A stretch of 17,611 bases of DNA, taken from NCBI RefSeq assembly GCF_000150275.1, contig NW_002060988.1, positions 10,021 to 27,631 on the forward strand, in the 5' to 3' direction. The DNA is from Trichoplax adhaerens. Lineage: Eukaryota > Animalia > Placozoa. The notes under the pieces were generated by a model. That model saw only the letters and a list, made by a program, of their open reading frames with translations, did not search any database and was not told where the DNA came from. A program made the translations under genes and the position numbers. This document shows, piece by piece, positions 11,901 through 17,611 of the stretch. The first letter of the stretch is position 1; each line of letters opens with the position of its first letter.

Positions 11901-14900
11901 ACACTGAATGTACATTGTAATAATACTGTATTGATTTATAGCGCATTATAACCACGAGTGCTCGCCTACTTATTTTGATATTAGATTATAAAATAATACG
12001 AAGTATTGGAAGAGAATTCTATTTCGGACTTTTCAACTCTTTTAATTCTGCTACAACGGCAGCTGCTATCGTCACAGCTCTGGATAAATCTGCCACCATT
12101 ACTGTTAGAAATAACTATTTCAATACAGCTACTCAATACAATGTTGCATCTTACGACTCGATAACCATAAAATTTACAGAAACAAGCGAAAATAGAGTAA
12201 CAGGAATAGCTTCAAGGACAATACATATCACTTCAGATGAAGATATAACTGTTACCAGTTTACAAGCATCTAGCCTACTAGGAAGCTCATCTCATATTTT
12301 ACCAGTCCAATTTTATGGTAAAGAATATGTTATTGCCACATATACTTCTATTAGTTCAGGACAAATGTTAATAATCAGTAAAGATGTCAACACACAAGTT
12401 GAGATTAGCTTCCCAAGCAATACTAATTACGGAGGTCAAACTTATTCTAGAAATAGGAATCTGACGATTAATTTACTACCTAATCAAGGATTCTTTTTCG
12501 GGATCCGGCAAGATCTAACTGGAACAATTATATATTCTAACAAAGATATCTCAGTTCTAGCTGGAAATCGTTGCGCTAACGTTCCTATAAGTAAAACTAC
12601 TTGCGAACCTTTACAAGAACATTATATGCCAAGTAAATACTTAGGTCAAAATTATATATTATCGACATTTACTGGTAGAGCAGCTGGAGATATATATCGT
12701 ATCGTCGCCGCTTACGATAATACTACGGTACGTCTTCAGTCAGCAAGTTCAAATTACAAGTTATCCCGAGGCGAGTTTACACAACTCGAGTTAGCTAGCG
12801 GCACTGATTCGTTTCTTACGTGCGATAAGCCATGTCTAGTTGTACAATACGCTAAAGGAAATAAGGCAGATCTTAAGAGAGCTGATCCGTTTATGACAAT
12901 TGTACCAGCAATCGAACAATATAGTAACAATCTCGTAATAACCGTACCATCGTTATTTACAACATTACAATATCAATCCAAATTACGTCTTAATCACGAT
13001 ACAAGATAAATATAAAGACGGATTAATGTTAAATGGAGAAGTATTACAAGGAATCAGTTGGCGACAAGTCACTACGAATGATGTAAGTAATGTTTACTCT
13101 ACAGCATCTATAAATGTTCCGATTGGTACAAGCAGATTAACTCATAATGACAGTAGTATAATATATGGAGCCATTCAGTACGGTTGGGGTTCTGGAAATA
13201 TTGGTTATGGTTCATTTGGCGATATACAATGGTCTACAATGTTTTCTTGTAAGTCAATTGAATTCACAGTCTACGATAATCGTAGTCATTAAGTATATTT
13301 AAATTTTATAGTAAGATCGTATATGCATAGTATTTTAATTTATATAAATAACGAAACTATAATCTTAGTTATACAGTAGTTAGATATTACTTATCATAAA
13401 TAATAGAATAAGTAGGCTACAATATATAATCTCGTACAATCATCTATAATAATAATTGCAAACGTTCTGCTACCGTATATCTACAAAAGTAATTCTAAAT
13501 TTAAACAATTTGTGGATAGTTTTTCCCTAAAATCATTTTATGGAATGGATAAATATCTATGTGGCCACCAATCCAATTTATGGCTAAATCTTGATCCATT
13601 TCATAAAAATTAATTTATACGGTTAATATACCTAGATTCACCCCGAATTGTTCAGTATCCAACAAATACTCTTGTGTATGAAGGCAACTTGACAATGCTA
13701 GAATGTAATGGAACAAGCTCACCGATATCTACTGTTACTTGGTTAAAAGATGGCATAGCTCTTCAAAACTATAAAAATATAACGATAATAGAAAAATTTT
13801 ATACGTACAGTCGTCTTGTAATACCAGAAGTATTTAATAATGACATCGGGAACTATCAATGCCAATACAGTAACTTTTTAGGATCAGCAACGAGTAATAA
13901 GACGTTTATAGATTTGATAGGTAAGTTAATTTGGTTTGAAAATGTATTAAAACGATATATTGAAGTAGATGTAACCGATACGCCATAGATAGACTAAGTA
14001 TTTGTCACTAGAAATAGGCTAATTCTAAATAAATTACCGTTTATCCTTGCTCTATATTTCAACAAATTTACTTTATTTGACGTACAGAATTTGTAGAAAG
14101 CTATGTTTTGATCCAATTCAGTGTAGATGTGAATAAATACAAATTTTAGACTAAAGGCAGTTAAACGGATTATAGACTATAAACTATTTCTAGTACTTCT
14201 ACGTAATCGAACATTATTGAATCTACAATAATTCTCTAAACGAATTACAAAATTAATTTGATTAAGGTATTATTTTAGTAACGTAGAGCAAGGATAAGGT
14301 TAGCAGAATAATAAAAGTATCAAGATTTGGCACTAAGTTTTAATTCTTTGATTAAAATACTTTTTAACAATGTAGCCATTCCAACATTTGAACGCAGTCC
14401 TAGTCCAGTTTTTGTACCGATTAATCAAGAAATCGTCTTACAATGCCATGGTAGCAGTAATCCAGCTGCAATTCAATTATCATGGATAAGAAATAGCACA
14501 TTACTAAATAGATATTCTACTTCGCTAATAGTCAATAGCAGCAATTTAAGGTTTGTTGGTCAATTAAAAATAAATTCATCTAACAACGAAGATGCTGGCA
14601 ATTACAAATGCAATATTAGCAATGGCTACAGTTTAGCGCTTTCGTCTGACATTATAGTAATAGTTCAAGGTAATAATCTAAAATTTAATAAATATCCAAT
14701 ATATTAGCGTAATTTCAGTAACAGCTATATAAATCATTTTTTATAGTCGTTTTATTCCTTATCGTTCCCTTTCTAGTGCCACCGTCGTCGGTACAGCAAG
14801 CTCAAGCATCCAATATTACAGCCACTAATATCACAATATCGTGGATTCCTCCTATATTTGATGGCTATTCGCCCATTATTAACTACACTCTTCAGCTTTA

Positions 14901-17611
14901 TAATCATCTCAATAGCACACTAAATAGTAGATGCATGTCAAGTTTAACTGAGCAAGGATGTATTGTTACTAATACGCTGACAAGATTGTATAATCTCAAA
15001 CCATATAGTACTTATTTCTTGCATATATGGGCTAGTAATGCTATTGGACAAAGCGGAAAAGAGATATTATCAATCAAGACAGATGAAGCTGGTAAGAGTA
15101 TTATATCATTTATTACAATTAAAATTAAATTAGATACTAATAATTAAAGTATAATAATATATGATAATTATTTAGAGCTAAAGATAAAGTACGATATATG
15201 AAACTTTTCGTTACACTATTTTAGACACACGGTCAATGATTTTAATTTTTGTTTTCGCGGTAGTTCCTGAAGGCCCAGTTAGAAATGCTTATGCTCTGGG
15301 TTATAATGCTACAACAATTAAAGTCGTATGGGAGTTACCAAGGCGTCCTAATGGCTTACTAGGTTATCTAGTCTATCAATGGGAAACAGAATATACTACC
15401 AATACATCAATACATAACTCAAGTCTAATCTATAACGGAAGCCAAACCGAATATTATTCGACAAATCTGCATGAATCACATATGTACTTCTATAAAATCG
15501 TAGCGTATAACATTAAATATAATTTTGTTGGGGCTGCCAGTGAAATTATTAACGCTACGAGCCATGAAGACGGTAAATCAATTTGAATGATTATAGCAAA
15601 AATCACATTACTAAACTTAGATACTATTTAATAGTTCTAATTATAAAAACTATAAGCTATAGTAAATCAAGTAATGGTCTTCTATGCATTTTCAATTAAG
15701 TTCTTTATTTATTTATACTTGAAGTGCATAGTCAGAGTTTTGATATTACTGTACAAATTTATCTTACATAAGGACCTTATTCTAGGATCTATAATCACTT
15801 TCATAGAGTACATATCATTTCGTATTCACTTACAGTCTAAATTTGTTGTTAATAAAAAACCCAGCTGTTTTCAAATTGATCTTAAATTGCATTAGCTTTC
15901 TTTGCATACAACATATAAATATTCGCTTATTTTTCATAATTTACAGTACCTAGTTCACATCCGCAAAGTATCATTACCACTGTTTTGTCATCTACATCAA
16001 TTAACGTATCTTGGCAGCCACCACAAATTCTCGATCGTAATGGTATTATCGTCACATATAGTCTACGGTATAATTCAACGCGATGGAATGATAATGGTAT
16101 CATACAAACTACTGGCTCTAATACTAAAGTTATATTACAAAATTTAATTCCGTTCACTACCTACAATATCACAATTAAAGCCGCAACTATTGTGGGATAT
16201 GGACCTGAAAGTCCGGTCATGTCATCTACAACTTTTCAATCAGGTTAGATTTTTTGTTTTATTGTTAACTACAAGAATGAAATGATAAAAATTTTAAACA
16301 CGTACAATTTCTTCCTGAATAATCTCACAATGACCGAAGTTATACTAAATGTCTTCTATATAATTATTTATAGAATACCATTATAACTTATATTTAATAA
16401 ATGTAACAACGTTAACATCGACCTCGATTTATATTTCATGGCAGCCAATACCATTATTCGAGCGTAATGGCATTATTACAGTTTACAATATTAGTTACCA
16501 TTCCTTACAACGGAATCACAACGGTATAATCCAAGTCGATGGCTTAACATTATCTAACGTGCTATCTAATCTGCTGCCTTACACTACGTATAATGTGACA
16601 GTTAGAGCTTCTACATCAGTCGGATTCGGTCCTACTAGTCCATTCGTGTCAGTCTTGACACATCAATCGGGTAAGATATTATACAGTAACATTGTATTTG
16701 CTAGTTGTTATCAATTAAGACGGTAATACGACGTAATTTATATAGATTATAATACAATAAAAGTTTGTAAGATTACTAGTCTTATTCGATCTTAATTCAA
16801 AAAATAAATACACTTAATTAACTGTGAATTTAGTGTACTCCGTAATAAAGTAAAATAAAGTTCTTGATCTAGAGTAAATTCTAAAATAGATCGATGATGC
16901 TCACAATGTGCTTGATTCTTTGTTTATAGTACCTAATACCTATCCATCAGATGTCAATGTAACAACGTTAACATCGACCTCGATTTATATTTCATGGCAG
17001 CCAATACCATTATTCGAGCGTAATGGCATTATTACAGTTTACAATATTAGTTACCATTCCTTACAACGGAATCACAACGGTATAATCCAAGTCGATGGCT
17101 TAACATTATCTAACGTGCTATCTAATCTGCTGCCTTACACTACGTATAATGTGACAGTTAGAGCTTCTACATCAGTCGGATTCGGTCCTACTAGTCCATT
17201 CGTGTCAGTCTTGACACATCAATCGGGTAAGATATTATACAGTAACATTGTATTTGCTAGTTGTTATCAATTAAGACGGTAATACGACGTAATTTATATA
17301 GATTATAATACAATAAAAGTTTGTAAGATTACTAGTCTTATTCGATCTTAAATCATAAATACACTTAATTAACTGTGAATTTAGTGTACTCCGTAATAAA
17401 GTAAAATAAAGTTCTTGATCTAGAGTAAATTCTAAAATAGATCGATGATGCTCACAATGTGCTTGATTCTTTGTTTATAGTACCTAATACCTATCCATCA
17501 GATATCAATGTAACAACGTTAACATCGACCTCGATTTATATTTCATGGCAGCCAATACCATTATTCGAGCGTAATGGCATTATTACAGCTTNCAATATTA
17601 GTTAACATTCC
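5866..17611 (+). CDS. Multi-exon gene (3'-truncated by the window): signal peptide-IgGFcBD-Ig-IgGFcBD-Ig-Ig-FN3(n) extracellular/receptor-like protein. Exons 5866-5926, 6918-8174, 8834-9118, 11985-13248, 13636-13920, 14376-14669, 14777-15091, 15264-15572, 15947-16243, (16374-16670), 16930-17226, 17481->end
   Basis: Each domain-like ORF is bracketed by an AG acceptor and a GT donor. All junctions are phase 1 and join in frame. Internal exon lengths are 1257, 285, 1264 (frameshifted), 285, 294, 315, 309, 297, 297 and 297 nt. Confidence 0.85.
6185..6328 (+). repeat. Short imperfect direct repeat (~45 bp x2) in the first coding intron
   Basis: tatctagtactccattagcagtaata... at 6185 versus tatctagtaatccgttagcagtaata... 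at 6284. Confidence 0.75.
6918..8174 (+). CDS. Exon encoding IgGFc-binding protein N-terminal-like domain, copy 1 (419 codons)
   Basis: Acceptor ctttcctcttag|AT, donor T|GTAAGT at 8175. The frame extends upstream of the listed ORF (DSETAHSIGREFHFG...). Motifs typical of the FCGBP N-terminal/IgGFc_binding family: SIGREF, ITSDEDITV, LPSQFYGKEY, DLTGTIIYSNNNIAVLAGNKC, CEPVVQHYMP, DPFMNIVPAIEQY. Confidence 0.88.
8834..9118 (+). CDS. Exon encoding I-set-like immunoglobulin domain 1
   Basis: ctag|AT acceptor and G|GTAAGC donor. PRIIQHP...LTLQCNGT...VTWLKDG...LTISNITTQDEGLYQC carries the Ig C-W-DxGxYxC signature. Confidence 0.92.
11985..13248 (+). CDS. Exon encoding IgGFc-binding-like domain, copy 2, with an apparent +1 frameshift at ~12968
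   Basis: ttag|AT acceptor and T|GTAAGT donor at 13249. Paralogous to 6918-8174 (SIGREF, ITSDEDITV, QFYGKEY, DLTGTIIYSN, DPFMTIVPAIEQY). ORFs 11975-13009 and 13026-13292 are two halves of one domain. Exon length 1264 = 3n+1. Confidence 0.85.
13636..13920 (+). CDS. Exon encoding immunoglobulin domain 2 (paralog of Ig 1)
   Basis: cctag|AT acceptor and G|GTAAGT donor. SPRIVQYP...LECNGTSSPISTVTWLKDG...DIGNYQC. Same 285-nt length as Ig 1. Confidence 0.92.
14376..14669 (+). CDS. Exon encoding immunoglobulin domain 3
   Basis: tgtag|CC acceptor and G|GTAATA donor. PTFERSP...LQCHGSSNP...LSWIRN...LKI...EDAGNYKC. Confidence 0.9.
14777..15091 (+). CDS. Exon encoding FN3 domain 1
   Basis: ttccctttctag|TG acceptor and G|GTAAGA donor. 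ITISWIPPIFDGYSPIINY...LKPYSTY...ASNAIG fits FN3 (W, Y, LxPxxxY). Confidence 0.9.
15264..15572 (+). CDS. Exon encoding FN3 domain 2
   Basis: gtag|TT acceptor and G|GTAAAT donor. VPEGP...IKVVWELPRRPNGLLGY...NLHESHMYFYKIVAYN. Confidence 0.88.
15947..16243 (+). CDS. Exon encoding FN3 domain 3
   Basis: tttacag|TA acceptor and G|GTTAGA donor. VPSSHPQS...SINVSWQPP...RNGIIVTY...NLIPFTTYNITIKAATIVGYGPES. Confidence 0.92.
16374..16670 (+). CDS. FN3 exon, repeat copy A, with a divergent first 26 nt (possible exon or damaged copy)
   Basis: 16400-16670 reads as identical to 16956-17226, with donor G|GTAAGA at 16671. An in-frame tttatag acceptor lies at 16372-16373, giving EYHYNLYLI in place of VPNTYPSDV. 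Confidence 0.6.
16930..17226 (+). CDS. FN3 exon, repeat copy B (intact)
   Basis: ctttgtttatag|TA acceptor and G|GTAAGA donor at 17227. VPNTYPSDV...SIYISWQP...RNGIITVY...NLLPYTTYNVTVRASTSVGFGPTS. Confidence 0.92.
17481..17611 (+). CDS. FN3 exon, repeat copy C (partial, window end, low-quality sequence)
   Basis: Same acceptor and start as copy B. Contains an N at 17592 and an in-frame TAA at 17603-17605 where copy B has TAC. Confidence 0.65.

Larger units (their letters stand above)
16400..17611 (+). repeat. Near-identical tandem repeat of FN3 exon plus intron, about 2.2 units (periods 556 and 551 bp)
   Basis: Direct comparison. Donors at 16671 and 17227, exon starts at 16930 and 17481. The intron copies differ mainly by cttaattcaaaaaataaat versus cttaaatcataaat (5 bp net). 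Confidence 0.95.

Noticed and set aside
13026-13292. Separate 88-aa gene
   Set aside because: It is the frameshifted C-terminal part of the second IgGFc-binding exon.
15674-16157. ORFs 15674-15895, 15902-16147 and 15927-16157(-)
   Set aside because: Intronic AT-rich ORF or shadow frames of the FN3 exon.
17588-17611. Premature TAA in the third FN3 copy as evidence of a pseudo-exon
   Set aside because: It lies in the last 25 nt next to an N and another mismatch, so low-quality terminal sequence is the likelier cause.
5866-17611. Assigning a gene symbol (FCGBP, DSCAM, SDK, PTPRQ, USH2A)
   Set aside because: Individual domains resemble these families, but the overall architecture matches none and the diagnostic C-terminus is outside the window.

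Overview
AT-rich eukaryotic (animal-type) genomic DNA with GT-AG introns, so the ORF track shows exon fragments rather than whole genes. Compact introns and composition would fit an early-branching invertebrate such as a placozoan, but that is only an inference. From about 5.8 kb to the end, the + strand carries one multi-exon gene, truncated by the window edge, for a secreted or cell-surface protein: signal peptide, [IgGFc-binding (FCGBP N-terminal-like) domain + Ig domain] x2, a third Ig domain, and at least five FN3 domains. Each domain is its own exon bounded by phase-1 introns. The second IgGFc-binding exon has an apparent 1-bp insertion near 12968. The last FN3 exon plus its intron is tandemly repeated almost identically (about 551-556 bp period) up to a low-quality window end. 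The first 4.2 kb has no recognisable gene. It contains a 128-139-bp tandem repeat family tied to an 84-bp inverted repeat (probable TIR element with internal repeats), a fold-back MITE-like element, an 86-nt hairpin and a roughly 383-bp tandem duplication.
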